A DNA stretch of 34,514 bases from Nemertoderma westbladi. Its lineage: Eukaryota; Animalia; Xenacoelomorpha. Positions 11,628-25,039 of this stretch are shown piece by piece. The notes under the pieces are model-generated. The model worked only from the letters and a program-made list of their open reading frames with translations, ran no database searches and was not told where the DNA came from. Within the stretch, counting starts at the first letter, position 1. Every line of letters starts with the position of its first letter. Made by a program: the position numbers and the translations under genes. The stretch lies in assembly GCA_032718475.1 (NCBI GenBank), contig JAUCBJ010005805.1:1-34514 (forward strand). Direction: 5' to 3'.

Positions 11628-12089
11628 ATCCAGATAACTGGTTTCTACCAGTAAACAGAAATAGCTGTAACCGACAGACCGACACTTTTGCCCATAAAGA
11701 GGAAGTCAACAGTTTTTCTCCTAAGTGATATAGAGTACCGATAGGCCTAAACGATACCAGTATCCCTGCTCACTACCGTGCTACTCCATATTCAGTATGG
11801 CAGTATGGTGGTAGTGCGGTAATGTCAGAATGTCACTAGTTAGGCCTAGTATCTATGGTTCGGAACGGACATTTTAAATTTACCGCTATAATATGCGTTG
11901 TCAACGACAAAGAGCAGCCCCCCCCCCCCCCCCCCCCCTGTTCTGGCTCAGGTGCCGTTAAAAACAGGTCTGCGCTTGGGGTGATGTGGTGACTAACATA
12001 GCGTCGCTATTTTATTGCAAAGTTCCCGGGTCCCACGTATTCGGAAACCGTATTGGTCATAGGGTGTAAGGCTATTTTCCTTCATGTAG

Positions 12090-13760
12090 CTGTATGTTTC
12101 ATTGACAATGTTTCGTTTCATAGATCTGAAGTTCTCAGCAAATATTTACTGCCATTCTTAAATTGTGGAGAAATGTTGGCGAACTTCCAATCAACTGGTA
12201 GAGCTCCTTCATTCATTGACTTATTAAATAATAAGCCAGGGGTTCGGCAATTGTATCAGATTGTCAGATAGTGCTTAAAATTATAACTTGTGGATAAACT
12301 TGATCAGGACCAGTAGCACCAGACCCTCTCATCTCGGTGATTGACTGAAGAACTGATTCGTATGTGAAGTTGATGGTTGATATGCTTGAATTAATTTCTT
12401 TAGAATATGGAAATATTCATTTAAAAGTGTAGCCTTTTCGATATCATCTGTAGCAAACGAACCATCATCCTTCTTGAGGCACTCACTGTATTGCTGGTCT
12501 CACCTTTGTCTTTGACCGTATAAATTTCCAAAATATTTTGGGGTTACTAGGGGCATCACTTACAATTTGACGTTCGTAGGCAACCTTCTCCTGTTTAATT
12601 ACTGAAATACATTTGTTTCTAGCTTTTGTGTAGGCTGTGAATGAAGAAAGTGTTTTTTTATTTTTGTAGCTACTCCAAGCTTGTTACTTAATCCTGATTT
12701 GAGAATTGACGATTCCATTTATCCACATAGGTTTACTGGCTGAAGGTCCTGACTTAGTTGGAATGTAATTACCTTTACATGTGGAAACCAGCTCTTTGTG
12801 AAATAGGTCCCATGATGAATGTATCTCTAATGGAAGCCCAATTAATAGAGCTCAGATCGTGAGACATAGAGGGATAGTCAGCCTTATTAAAAATAGGCCG
12901 TTTTCCTGTCGTGTTCAGGTTAACAGTATCAAGCAACACATCAAATTCTAAAACTGCATGATGGTCGCTAGCCCCAAGACATTGTCTATAAGTGGGCGTG
13001 TTGATCATGAACTCTTTATTGGTCAGGATTAAATCTAACAGACAAGGGGCATTGCCATTACCATACCGAGTGGATTTATTTGTCCTGAATGTAAGAGATG
13101 ATATTGGTTTCAAACTTGTCATTTGAGGAAAGTGTAGTCCAATATGTATTAGGCATGTTGAAGTCTCCCACAATAAGAACTTCACCTTCTATGTTGGCGA
13201 CACAAGCATTGTCAAGCAACTCGCATAGGCCCTGTTTATTAGATTCTGGATTGGATGGACTGCCGTAGATGCATTCCATTAAAAGGGAGTCTTTTAAGTT
13301 GCTGCTATAAATCCTTGTCCATAATGATCCCACGATGACATTGTTCATTTTGGAAGTTAGACCGAGTAGAATTCCCAGACAGCCAGTAGATATTTTCGGA
13401 TATAGAAAGTGTTGTATATTTGGGTAACACCTCAGTAATGGCGATTACATCGGGATTGCTATCACAAATTGAGACCTGAAGTTCAAAGAGTTTACTGAGT
13501 AGGTTGTCCGCATTAGTGTACATGATTCTTAGATTATGATTATGTGTAATAGATGATATTTGAAATGCCTCAGAGGGATTGGTGGTGGGAATGGTGGTGA
13601 TGGGTGGAAGATCAGTAGTAGGGGACAAAGAGGTGGTATAGTGGAAGGATGGATGTGGGCAGTGATGGTTGGTGAGGTAGCGTATGGTGTATGAACAGTG
13701 CAGATAGTAGATGAGGGCGTGGGAGCAGGTGTAATTGAAGGTGCAAGAGTGAGTATGGTT
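12090..13760 (-). mobile_element. Degenerate CR1-clade LINE ORF2 (APE endonuclease to start of RT)
   Basis: Frameshifted motifs IMYTNADNLLSK, PDVIAITEV, CIYGSP, LIVGDFNMP, LLDLILTN, LGASDH, PGPD and LPVDWKFANISP.FK.G. Confidence 0.9.
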
Positions 13761-13768
13761 TTGGACTA

Positions 13769-14708
13769 ATACTAGCATCGGCATGCTGCATTGCAGCTGC
13801 ATTTTTAAGAATTCTGTACCGGCTTGTCGACAAAATTGCGCCGCCACAACTCCCTATCACCCATGATATTTGCTAGATCATCCGCATCTTCAAGGCCAGT
13901 GTCCTTTAAGATGCGTCTCAAGAAAGTCATGGGCTGTCCACCATGCTTATTCACTCCATGAGGCTGCCAAAGTACAAGATTATGCACTGGCTGGTCCTCA
14001 CGGCGAAAGCAATGTCCTGCAAAGCGGATGCGATTTTGTTCTAGTGTCAAGCTTGGGGGAACCAATGAGACACCTCCAAAGTTATATAGTGTCTGGTTGG
14101 AGATTTGTGCATTGTACTTGACACAGTGAACCTGGCATAGCATTCTTGTGAATGTGCCATCCAGAGATTTGGTGTCCTCAGCAGTTAGAGCCCAGCATGG
14201 ACTCCCATAGAGGAGTACTGGAACTACTGCTGCTCTAAATAATCGGACCTTAAGTTTCCGATTAATTCCATGTGATTTCCAAATCCTGGAAAGCCTATTC
14301 AAGGCTGCCCATGGCTTTCCCTTACGTATTCGAAGGTCCTCACCTGACTTCCAGATCCATGATCCCAGGTAACATAAGTCGTCCACATGCTCAAGCATAC
14401 CATCCTTTGAGCTTATGCTCATCCGATCAGAGACTTGCTGAGGACTTTCAAAGTTAACTGTCAAAATTTTGGTCTTTTTGGAGTTTATAAAAAGACCAAC
14501 ACTAGAAGCAGAAGAGCTCTAATGAGCTGAGGAGCCGTTGGGCACCCTCTAGTGATTCTGAGAGTACTCCTAAGTCAGCAGCAAAGTCTAGATCAGTTAG
14601 GTACTTGGCAGGATTTCCTCGACTTCTGGAGCCAGTAGGCGGAGTTACCATCACCCCATCATCTTTATGATGATCTAAGGACATGCGTAGAACATAGTCA
14701 ACCACAAT
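13769..14708 (-). mobile_element. 5'-truncated RTE-clade LINE adjoining or inserted in the CR1 remnant
   Basis: Near-identical to 19259-20197. Catalytic FADD is changed to FAAD and there is a frameshift near 14512. No TSD seen. Confidence 0.93.
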
Positions 14709-15302
14709 GCTCCTTAAATGCCCTTTGCTTGAAAGCCTTGTTAGATCCTTGTCTTGTCTAGGTAGTAACGATTGGTGTCAAAATCCCATTTGACAGTAAA
14801 ATATTTCATGTTAAGGATAGAGATGTCAGATCGGTCCGTAGACGGGAGATTCCGCGGTATGGAAGGGAGGTGCGGAGAGTTGATTGTAAGAACTGGCTGT
14901 CAGAATCAAGTCGGGCCTCAGGTGTGGCTCGTGTGTCACCTGGTTTGCTCATTTACCGATATAACTTTCTCGATAACTTCCATCATCGTCGAGTTTTCAG
15001 GATTGAGGGATTTATTCCTACAAGCACAACGACAACTGAAACAAAGGGTACTTTATTTTCCTAAAAAATGGCGAATGTTCCTATCCTCTATCCTCTACAA
15101 TACATTATGTACATGTGATCAGTCACCATTAATTTATAATTTGACATTGATGCAATATATTAATTTACAGAGATGGGATTTGCGTCACCCCCCCCCCCCC
15201 CCCCCTCCCCTCCCTATCACCCCAATGTCTCTTACAACTGTTCATTTTCCTTAGAATGATCTTTGACCCTCCCATTAACTTATTCCATTACCTCTCCTGT
15301 AG

Positions 15303-15599
<297 letters not shown>

Positions 15600-15815
15600 T
15601 GGGGCGAGCCATGTGGGTTGCTGCCCCCATCTCTTTTATACAACAATATTATTGCATATGGTTGTGTGTTTATTTAATCTGTTTTATTTAACCCAATTAA
15701 TCAATCACTGTTTAAGTTTGGTTGACCGCCATGTTGTTACATTATAGGATGCGCTTAAATCCTACTTTAATATATGTTATTAATATTTTCTACTGTTTCA
15801 GTTTTTATAATAATT

Positions 15816-15821
15816 AATAAA
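15816..15821 (+). promoter_or_regulatory. Candidate polyadenylation signal of the Smad gene
   Basis: AATAAA about 215 nt after the stop codon. Other AATAAA copies lie further downstream (e.g. 16101). Confidence 0.35.
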
Positions 15822-17018
15822 TGACGTCACATTTTTTTCAGCACGACACCGACAGTTTGTCACACGATATAATTATGTATTTATTTCATACTTTTAACTT
15901 CATGAATGATTACAGATTTCATCGCGCTAAGAATATATTAATTATCATCAGTTATTAATTATATTATGGATCCAAATTATGGTATATACCATGGATACTT
16001 AATTCTGCTAATATTTAATTTAATTATTTTACCTAAGGTAATAATAATCTCCATATAGACTGTGTTCTTGTAGAATAGCCCATCACTGTAATCAATATTT
16101 AATAAAAGGATTATTTCCTTTAATTTCTAATTTTATAATTAAATATTTAACTAAATTAAGATTCCATGGGATGTCCCCCCCCCCTGTTATCCTTAATTCA
16201 ACACAAAATCACTCAGGGCAACATTTTACAAATAATTAATGTACAATTATTTTTATATTATTGCTTATTAATAAATAATACACTTAATCTTTGCAATAAA
16301 TTGCTGTGGACATTTTTGCATTTCTTTAAGGATGGCAAAATTAATCCAGGGACATGTTGTACAAGTGAATCCAAATAAAAACATATAATCTGCATATTAT
16401 GTTAACTGTGAGTTACTCGTATCAATTCACGTGCTGCGCGATGCCCCATAAACGTATACTTTAATTTGGCGACGGTTTATTTAATACAATGTAAAGTCAG
16501 GTGGTTATCTGTTGGTGATTCAAGGCCTTTTTCGTGTAACACCATTGCAACACCATAATTAAGTTAATAACTGGATATTTTCGAGTTTATTTTATATACA
16601 CCACCTCCCTTAATAATACAACAACCATTTTTAGGGGGTCAAATTTCAATAAAATGCTACGGAATTCGGTATGATGATAGATAGTGCTGGTAGGGCCGGA
16701 ATTTTTCAATTGGTAGGGCCGGAATTTTTCAATTTCTCAGTTATTTCCATACAACAAGCCCTTAAAAAATGTCTACTTAGCAATGTTTACCCACCTCCGT
16801 ATACTTTATTTAACGTTTTTGAAATGTAATCTAGTTATCATTAGAACCGCCTTCGTCTGTAGATTCCGAATCTGAAAACCGTTTTAAATTTCACCAATAT
16901 TTTCCTGAGATATTATCAACATTCAGAGGCTACATTTTCGATGTAAATCTAGTTAGTTAGTTATTTTTATTGACACTACAAGGTCCAAATGTTCGAAATC
17001 AGCACAATCCAATACTGG

Positions 17019-17081
17019 AATCTAGGACAGACTACAAGCAATATAGGACAGACTACAAGCAATCTAGGACAGACTACAAGA
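17019..17081. repeat. 21-bp tandem repeat x3 (AATCTAGGACAGACTACAAGC)
   Basis: Three adjacent copies read directly. Confidence 0.9.
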
Positions 17082-17116
17082 AACATTATTCTACATTATC
17101 GTAAGTGTTTCTTGAC

Positions 17117-17548
17117 TATTCTAGAATATTAATTATATTTAGAAGAGTTTAAAACTCCGGTCTAAAAGCTGTGAGTAATTAATTAATATTCTAGAATATT
17201 AATTATATTTAGAAGAGTTTAAAACTCCGGTCTAAAAGCTGTGAGTAATTAATTAATATTCTAGAATATTAATTATATTTAGAAGAGTTTAAAACTCCGG
17301 TCTAAAAGCTGTGAGTAATTAATTAATATTCTAGAATATTAATTATATTTAGAAGAGTTTAAAACTCCGGTCTAAAAGCTGTGAGTAATTAATTAATATT
17401 CTAGAATATTAATTATATTTAGAAGAGTTTAAAACTCCGGTCTAAAAGCTGTGAGTAATTAATTAATATTCTAGAATATTAATTATATTTAGAAGAGTTT
17501 AAAACTCCGGTCTAAAAGCTGTGAGTAATTAATTAATATTCTAGAATA
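17117..17548. repeat. 70-bp tandem repeat, 6 identical copies
   Basis: CTAGAATA recurs at 17121, 17191, 17261, 17331, 17401, 17471 and 17541. Confidence 0.97.
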
Positions 17549-19258
17549 GAGTCAAAAAACGTTAGAATAATGTTCCTCATAAAATGTAGCCTCTGAATGC
17601 TGATAATATCTCAGGAAAATATTGGTGAAATTTAAAACGGGTTTCAGATTCGGAATCTACAGACGAAGGCGCTTCTAATGATATCCAGATTACATTCCAG
17701 AGACGTAGAATAAAGTCTACGGAGGCGGGTAAACATTGCTAAATATACATTTTTTAAGGGATTGTTGTATGGAAATAACTGAGAAATTGAAAATTCCGGC
17801 CCTGCCAGCAGTAAGAAAAGGTATCGATCTATCATCATACTAAATTTCGTAGCATTTTATTGAAATTAGGAAAAAAATTAGGGGGGGGGGGGGGGGGGGG
17901 CTCCGACCCCATAAAAATGGTTGTTGTATTAAGGGAGATGGTGTACTCGAATTAGCACTTTCGATTTTTATGTACCCAAGAGTGTTACATAAATTAATAA
18001 GTATTTTCTTTTAAACGCTGACTAGTTACCGTTTTCATATAAAAATGTTCACAACTTTATTACATTATGTCAACGTTATCTACGTTCTTATAATTTTGAT
18101 TAAATTTATTTCGTATTAATTCCAGTTACCACTAACTACAGTAACTGGGTATCTTCTACACTAGAACTATTGAGAATTAAGAAGTACTGCATAATTACTA
18201 TGATAACTTTACATAATGTAATAAAGATAATTTAATGTTTACATTACCTGGAATAGGGATAGGGCGTATAGAAATTGTTGAGCTAGAAACACTTCAATAG
18301 GAGTAACAAAAGGTGTCCTGAATCGAGTGCGATTGTTTGTAAAAACATTAAGAAACGCTCGAAATGGCGGGTTTAAGTAAAACTATTTGTATTTATTTAT
18401 TAATTTGAGTATCTTAACTTACACACAACACATTACTTGGTTGCCATTGCCAATCACCTGGAATAGTCAGGGAATTTCAGTTTTTCTTGAAATATCAGGG
18501 AATTCTTGTAAAAAAATGGACAAATGAGTTAAATGTCAGTGAATTTGATAAGGTCATGTGTCATAACCGAAAATGTGTAACATTTGATCTATTCCGTTTA
18601 CTCATATTACTAAATATATTATATCGGTGCACTAATGTTTCCTTTTTGGTCCGTTGTAGTAGGATAGTTTGCCTATTGAATTGATATTAAAACGACTCGC
18701 TTATTAAATCTATGTTACCTATTTTGTAATATAATAAGGCGAATTAAAAAGATAAAGCGGGCAATATAATATAATATATAAATATGTTCAGTTACGTACC
18801 TGCACTATGGTACCCAACTTAATGAAGTAAACTTATTTAAACAAACCAGTTCGACCGTTTTCTCGTGTTATTACAAACAACACACCCCGCCACTCGAATC
18901 AGGGCACTTGTTACCCCTTATTCAACCGTTGTTAGGCCAACATTTTTTTGAGCACCATCCCAATATTGTGGCAGTAACCTGCCCATTTATATATTACATA
19001 CAACCTGATTATTTTTCTTTTTTTTTATAAGTTTAAACATGCATTATTCCCTATAATAGCGTCATATTTTACTGCATTGAGTATGCCGGTAATACATAAT
19101 CTTTAGTTTGGTTTTAATATTTTATAATTGAGATCGGTTTTATCTTAGTGCATGCAACTATCTGGGTTTAATATTTATTCATAATATTTACTATAATTAT
19201 TAAGAAAAATATGTCGAAATTGCAACAAATTCTATTTATCTGCACAACATCCAATCAA

Positions 19259-20480
19259 TACTAGGATCGGCATGCTGCATTGCAGCTGCATTTTTAAGAA
19301 TGCTGTGCCGGCTTGTCAACAAAATTGCACCGCCACAACTCCCTATCACCCATGACATTTGCTAGATCATCCGCATCTTTAAGGCCAGTGTCCTTTAAGA
19401 TGCGTCTCAAGAAAGTCATGGGCTGTCCACCATGCTTATTCACTCCATGAGGCTGCCAAAGTACAAGATTATGCACTGGCTGGTCCTCACGGCGAAAGCA
19501 ATGTCCTGCAAAGCGGAGGCGATTTTGTTCTAGTGTCAAGCTTGGGGGAACCAATGAGACACCTCCAATGTTATATAGTGTCTGGTTGGAGATGTGTGCA
19601 TTGTACTTGACACAATGAACCCGGCGTAGCATTCTTGTGAATGTGCCATCCAGAGATTTGGTGTCCTCAGCAGTTAGAGCCCAGCATGGACTCCCATAGA
19701 GGAGTACTGGAACTACTGCTGCTCTAAATAATCGGACCTTAAGTTTCCGATTAATTCTCGGTGACTTCCAAATCCTGGAAAGCCTATTCAAGGCTGCCCA
19801 TGCCTTTCCCTTACGTATTCGAAGGTCCTCACCTGACTTCCGGATCCATGATCCCAGGTAACAGAAGTCGTCCACATGCTCAAGCATACCATCCTTTGAG
19901 CTTATGCTCATCCGATCAGAGACTTGCTGAGGACTTTCAAAGTTAACTGTCAGAATTTTGGTCTTTCTGGAGTTAATAAAAAGACCAACACTAGAAGCAG
20001 CATGTTCTAATGAGCTGAGGAGCCGTTGGGCTCCCTCTAATGATTCTGAGAGTACTCCTAAGTCATCAGCAAAGTCTAGATCAGTTAGGTACTTGGCAGG
20101 ATTTCCTCGACTTCTGGAGCCAGTAGGTGGAGTTATCATCACCCCATCATCATTATGATGATCTAAGGACATGCGTAGAACATAGTCAACCACAATAATG
20201 AACAAGAATGGTGCAAGTGTGTCTCCTTGGAGGACGCCCCATAACACTTCAAATGGTTCTGTGTCACCGTCAACAGTAGACACAAATGTTGTCGAACCAT
20301 CGTATACTGATCTGATTGCTGCAATAATTTCATCAGGAATCCCATATAATGAAAGTATGCTGAACATACGTGAGCGAGAGACTGAATCAAAGGCCTTGAA
20401 GAAGTCAACAAAGATAACAGCCAGATGCCTGTCTTTCTTTTTTGATAATTCTTCAATTATCCTTCTAAGTGCCAAAAAGT
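19259..20480 (-). mobile_element. 5'-truncated RTE-clade LINE with an open RT frame
   Basis: LRRIIEE, FVDFFKAFDSV, GVLQGDTLAPFLF, LDFADD, FCYLGS, VLLYGS..W and RLRFAGHC.R. Stop at 19294 is followed by a ~35-nt 3' UTR. Confidence 0.95.
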
Positions 20481-20552
20481 GTATGCGACTACTGCCCCAA
20501 CTGACATACGCAGCTGCAAAACGGCAGAAAGTCTGGTATTCTTCACATGGGC

Positions 20553-20957
20553 CAGTTACCCCCATGTGAAGAATACCAGACTTTCTGCCGTTATATTTCA
20601 CTTTGCAGTTTACCCCCATGTGAAGAATACCAGACTTTCTGCCGTTATATTTCACTTTGCAGTTACCCCCATGTGAAGAATATCAGACTTTCTCCCGTTA
20701 TATTTCACTTTGCAGTTACCCCCATGTGAAGAATACCAGGTTTTCTGCCGTTATATTTCACTTTGCAGTTACCCCCATGTGAAGAATACCAGACTTTCTC
20801 CCGTTATATTTCACTTTGCAGTTACCCCCATGTGAAGAATACCAGACTTTCTCCCGTTATATTTCACTTTGCAGTTACCCCCATGTGAAGAATACCAGAC
20901 TTTCTGCCGTTATATTTCACTTTGCAGTTACCCCCATGTGAAGAATACCAGGTTTTC
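20553..20957. repeat. 53-bp minisatellite, ~7.6 copies
   Basis: Unit CAGTTACCCCCATGTGAAGAATACCAGACTTTCTGCCGTTATATTTCACTTTG starts at 20553, 20606, 20660, 20713, 20766, 20819, 20872 and 20925. Confidence 0.97.
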
Positions 20958-21116
20958 ACCAAAAACACAAGTTACAGAAGGGCTGAATTTAACCAAAACA
21001 ATAAACGAAAATTTCGTTAAACGAAATAAGCGCTATAAAACACTTAATAAAGATAAATTTAAAAAAATAAAAAATCTTCATATATGAGTGGGAGAATCTT
21101 TTAGGCTCGTTAAGCC

Positions 21117-22623
21117 AAGGAATGCCTCCTCGCCACCATGGGTGATCTTCCACAATAAACCCTTCCACTCTGTGTCCTAAAGGAATGCCTGTTCACCACC
21201 ATGGGTGATCTTGCACAGTAAACTTCCACTCTGTTTCCTAAAGGAATGCCTGTTCACCACCGTGGGTGATCTTCCTCAGTAAACCCTTCCACTCTGTTTC
21301 CTAAAGGAATGCCTGTTCACCATCATGGGTGATCTTCCACAGTAAACCCTTCCACTCTGTTTCCTAAAGGAATGCCTGTTCACCACCATGGGTGATCTTC
21401 CACAGTAAACCCTTCCACTCTGTTTCCTTAAGGAATGCCTGTTCACCACCATGGGTGATCTTCCACAGTAAACCCTTCCACTCTGTGTCCTAAAGGAATA
21501 CCTGTTCACCACCATGGGTGATCTTGAACAGTAAACTTCCACTCTGTTTCCTAAAGGAATGCCTGTTCACCACCATGGGTGATCTTCCAAAGTAAACCCT
21601 TCCACTCTGTTTCCTAAAGGAATACCTGTTCACCACCGTGGGTGATCTTCCTCAGTAAACCCTTCCACTCTGTTTCCTAAAGGAATGCCTGTTCACCATC
21701 ATGGGTGATCTTCCACAGTAAACCCTTCCACTCTGTTTCCTAAAGGAATGCCTGTTCACCACCATGGGTGATCTTGCACAGTAAACCCTTCCACTCTGTT
21801 TCCTAAAGGAATGCCTGTTACAACCATGGGTGATCTTCCTCAGTAAACCCTTCCACTCTGTTTCCTAAAGGAATGCCTGTCACAACCATGGGTGATCTTC
21901 CATAGAAAACCCTTCCACTCTGTTTCCTAAAGGAATGCCTGTTCACCACCATGGGTGATCTTCCACAGTAAACCCTTCCACTCTGTTTCCTAAAGGAATG
22001 CCTGTTCACCACCATGGTTGATCTTCCACAGTAAACCCTTCCACTCTGTTTCCTTAAGGAATGCCTGTCACAACCATGGGTGATCTTCCATAGAAAACCC
22101 TTCCACTCTGTTTCCTAAAGGAATGCCTGTTCACCACCATGGGTGATCTTCCACAGTAAACCCTTCCACTCTGTTTCCTTAAGGAATGCCTGTCACAACC
22201 ATGGGTGATCTTCCATAGAAAACCCTTCCACTCTGTTTCCTAAAGGAATGCCTGTTCACCACCATGGGTGATCTTCCACAGTAAACCCTTCCACTCTGTT
22301 TCCTAAAGGAATGCCTGTTCACCACCATGGTTGATCTTCCACAGTAAACCCTTCCACTCTGTTTCCTTAAGGAATGCCTGTCACAACCATGGGTGATCTT
22401 CCATAGAAAACCCTTCCACTCTGTTTCCTAAAGGGATGCCTGTTCACCACCATGATGGGTGATCTTCCACAGTAAACCCTTCCACTCTGTTTCCTAAAGG
22501 AATGCCTGTTCACCACCATGATGGGTGATCTTCCACAGTAAACCCTCCCACTTTGTTTCCTAAAGGAATGCCTGTTCACAACCATTGGTGATCTTCCACA
22601 GTAAACCCTTCCACTCTGTTTCC
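21117..22623. repeat. 63-bp minisatellite, ~24 copies with 61-, 62- and 66-bp variants
   Basis: Unit AAGGAATGCCTGTTCACCACCATGGGTGATCTTCCACAGTAAACCCTTCCACTCTGTTTCCTA. Confidence 0.97.
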
Positions 22624-22788
22624 CAAGTTGTCTTGGTTCCCATTTATCACGTCTATTACTACTGTATCTAATAATATCGTGTATACTGATGATAAATGTG
22701 TCCGGGTACACTACTAAAACCCACCCGTATCTCTACTGCACTCCAACTTGTTCGGTGACCCACCAGGCAGTCAACGAACTTCGCTAAA

Positions 22789-23028
22789 TGTAAATCAATA
22801 TTAAATAAAGTAACTAACAACGTTTAATAATAATTATAATATAATATTCACTTTACAAAATGCCAATATAACAACCCACAACCAAACAGTCACAAGATGA
22901 TTGGTTGCACTACTGAATAAGTTTAACCAGCTGAGACTGTGTATATGCAAGTGTATGTAGTACAATATAATGTAATATAAACCATATTAGTACTTTAACT
23001 ATATTGCTTACTGATGGAATACCATACA
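22789..23028 (-). mobile_element. Candidate 3' LTR (~240 bp) of the Gypsy remnant
   Basis: On the minus strand a polypurine tract GGGGGGAGA (23037-23029) directly precedes TGTA..., and the segment ends in ...TACA at 22789. The end point is inferred. Confidence 0.65.
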
Positions 23029-23152
23029 TCTCCCCCCAGATCTTACGATCGATAAAAACCAGAAAAGAATTAATATTACATCCATCACCAACAAAATCAT
23101 GTGTATAATGAGTTCAATTTGAATTTATGAGTTTATTCAAACCAATCACAGT

Positions 23153-24900
23153 TCATCGGTTTGGTGGAACTAGTCGAAGAAACTTCCTGTTCCTAAGGAA
23201 AACCCGTCCAGAAGGAAGAAGAACATAGTTGCTAGGTACTCCCATCAGGTCTGACCTCCCCTCTCTGTCCCAAAGCCTAGATACCGCATCTTGGATAAAC
23301 ACAGAATCGCCGACATTTAGTGGAGTGAGTGTTTGAGAGCGAGAGTCGTACCGGAATTTAATTTGAAGACGTCGTTTCTCCACCAACTCCAGATCAATCA
23401 CATCTTTTACTTCGCCCCATTGTGATTCGAGGGCCTCCCCGTCATGAGGGTTCGCATGGGTCGCCCATAGAGCATAAAATTCTGGTGATGGTATATCATG
23501 ATCTCTAGGCGTGGTTCGCCATTCCATTAAGGCTTCTACAAATGTTTCCTTATCACAAGATCTGTAATAACTAGCGATTATTGTTGCAACCACTTGAGCT
23601 GTATAGGGTGGCTTGTTGTACCGGATAACATTCGGCCACCCACTAAACCGATCCACATAAACAATAAATGTGGCACCGCCAAAATCAGTTGAAACCTGTT
23701 CAAATTGTCTTTGTGGGAGCTAATCGAGTTTCATTGGTTCCTGTTGTACGGAGTTGACAAGAGCTACATGACTCAATGGCTGAAGTGATGTAATTTTTCA
23801 TACCAGGCCAAGTGTAAAGTTGGCGGGCTTGTTCTAGAGATTGACGAACACCTTGGTGTGCGATATGTAGCCGAGGGATTATCTCCCATCGTGCCCCTGC
23901 AGGAACAACAATACGGGCTCCAAGGTAACCAAGGCCATCCTGTACTGAATAGTCATTAAAATTATTTTTATAAATACATAATTCCTTTGGGATGTTTTTA
24001 CCAGATATTCCTCTTGTTACTGCATCCAAAATAAGTTTGTAAGTGTCATCATGTAATGCAGCATCATATAAAAGCTTGTGGGCAGGGTCTATTTCTCATG
24101 TGCGATCAAGTGCAACCTGTTTGATTTGCAGGGCAATTTCATCTGCTTTTTAAGGGGGGGGGAGGGGGGTACTGGCTTGGAAGTCAACATTTTGAAATGC
24201 TTACTGCACCAAAAAGCGAACAAGTAGAAAAACGTGTAAGATACATTTTTGACTATATTGAATTGTAATATTTAAAAATTGTATAATTGTAAGTGTAAAT
24301 TGTAGATTGTAGCCGCTTAGCTTTTCTTTTAATCTCTGGAGACGTAAGTTCTCAATAACTTTTAATCATTTGTTGTTCAGAATAGATCGATTGGTTTGTG
24401 TTGTCGGTTCTAATCAGAAAGTTTGGACACCCTTGTAAGAATACCCGGGTTTTCTTTACTGCCCAAACGACTACCAAAAGCTCGAGTTCAACTACTGCCC
24501 AGTTAGCTTCAGTACTGTAGATGTAATGAAACGGCTTCCACATGTTACGAGCCGCCAACCTTCACTTTGTTTTTGGGTGAGTGAATATCCGATTCCCTTC
24601 TTAGATGCATCGGTATATAATGCTGTCTGTCCCAGAAACGATTTCAGTTCAGTTCTGTTATGTTTTGTGGGATTGGAAAATCGTGAATGGCCTCAAGTTT
24701 TGCCGAATCCCCTTTGATGGCATCACGTCCGATCCGATTCTAAGTCCAACAAACTCGACTTATGGTTGTCCAAAGTTAAATTTATCCTTACTGAGGGTGA
24801 TCCCGTACTTTCGGCATCGTAAAAGTATTTCTCGTATTACCTTGAGATGTTCCTCAAATTCGACTTTAGGCCCATTATTTACTACAATTTCCTCTGTACA
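23153..24900 (-). mobile_element. Decayed Ty3/Gypsy pol (RT end, RNase H, integrase)
   Basis: EEHL...LLRCRKYGITLSKDKF (RT), ELELLVVVWAVKK..FLQG..FLIRTD (RNase H), LHIAHQG...ARQLYTWPGM...CSSCQ (HHCC), VDRFSGWP and SGRVFLRNRKFL. Multiple stops and deletions. Confidence 0.92.
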
Positions 24901-25039
24901 CTGATCCCCCAGTCGCCTTGCTACTACCGATGGTTCCTCCAAAGCATTCATGAATTATCAAGGCCCTTCGATTTGGAATGCACTACCACCCACCCCCCCC
25001 CCCCCCCCCCCCCCCCCCCCAACAACCCCATCAATTTCT

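Larger units (their letters stand above)
16597..17945. mobile_element. Foldback/MITE-like element with long imperfect inverted arms
   Basis: 16597-16938 is the imperfect reverse complement of 17581-17945. Inner arms 17082-17128 and 17538-17574 also match. Confidence 0.8.

Noticed and set aside
13305-13847. 180-aa ORF as an independent gene
   Set aside because: Chimera of the RTE 3' end and the CR1 endonuclease start.
20481-20655. N-terminal ~55 aa of the 453-aa RT ORF
   Set aside because: Derived from the 53-bp repeat and its inverted copy, so a chance in-frame fusion rather than LINE sequence.
17117-22623. Regular repeat arrays as CRISPR-like loci
   Set aside because: Head-to-tail repeats without unique spacers, no cas genes, and a eukaryotic context.
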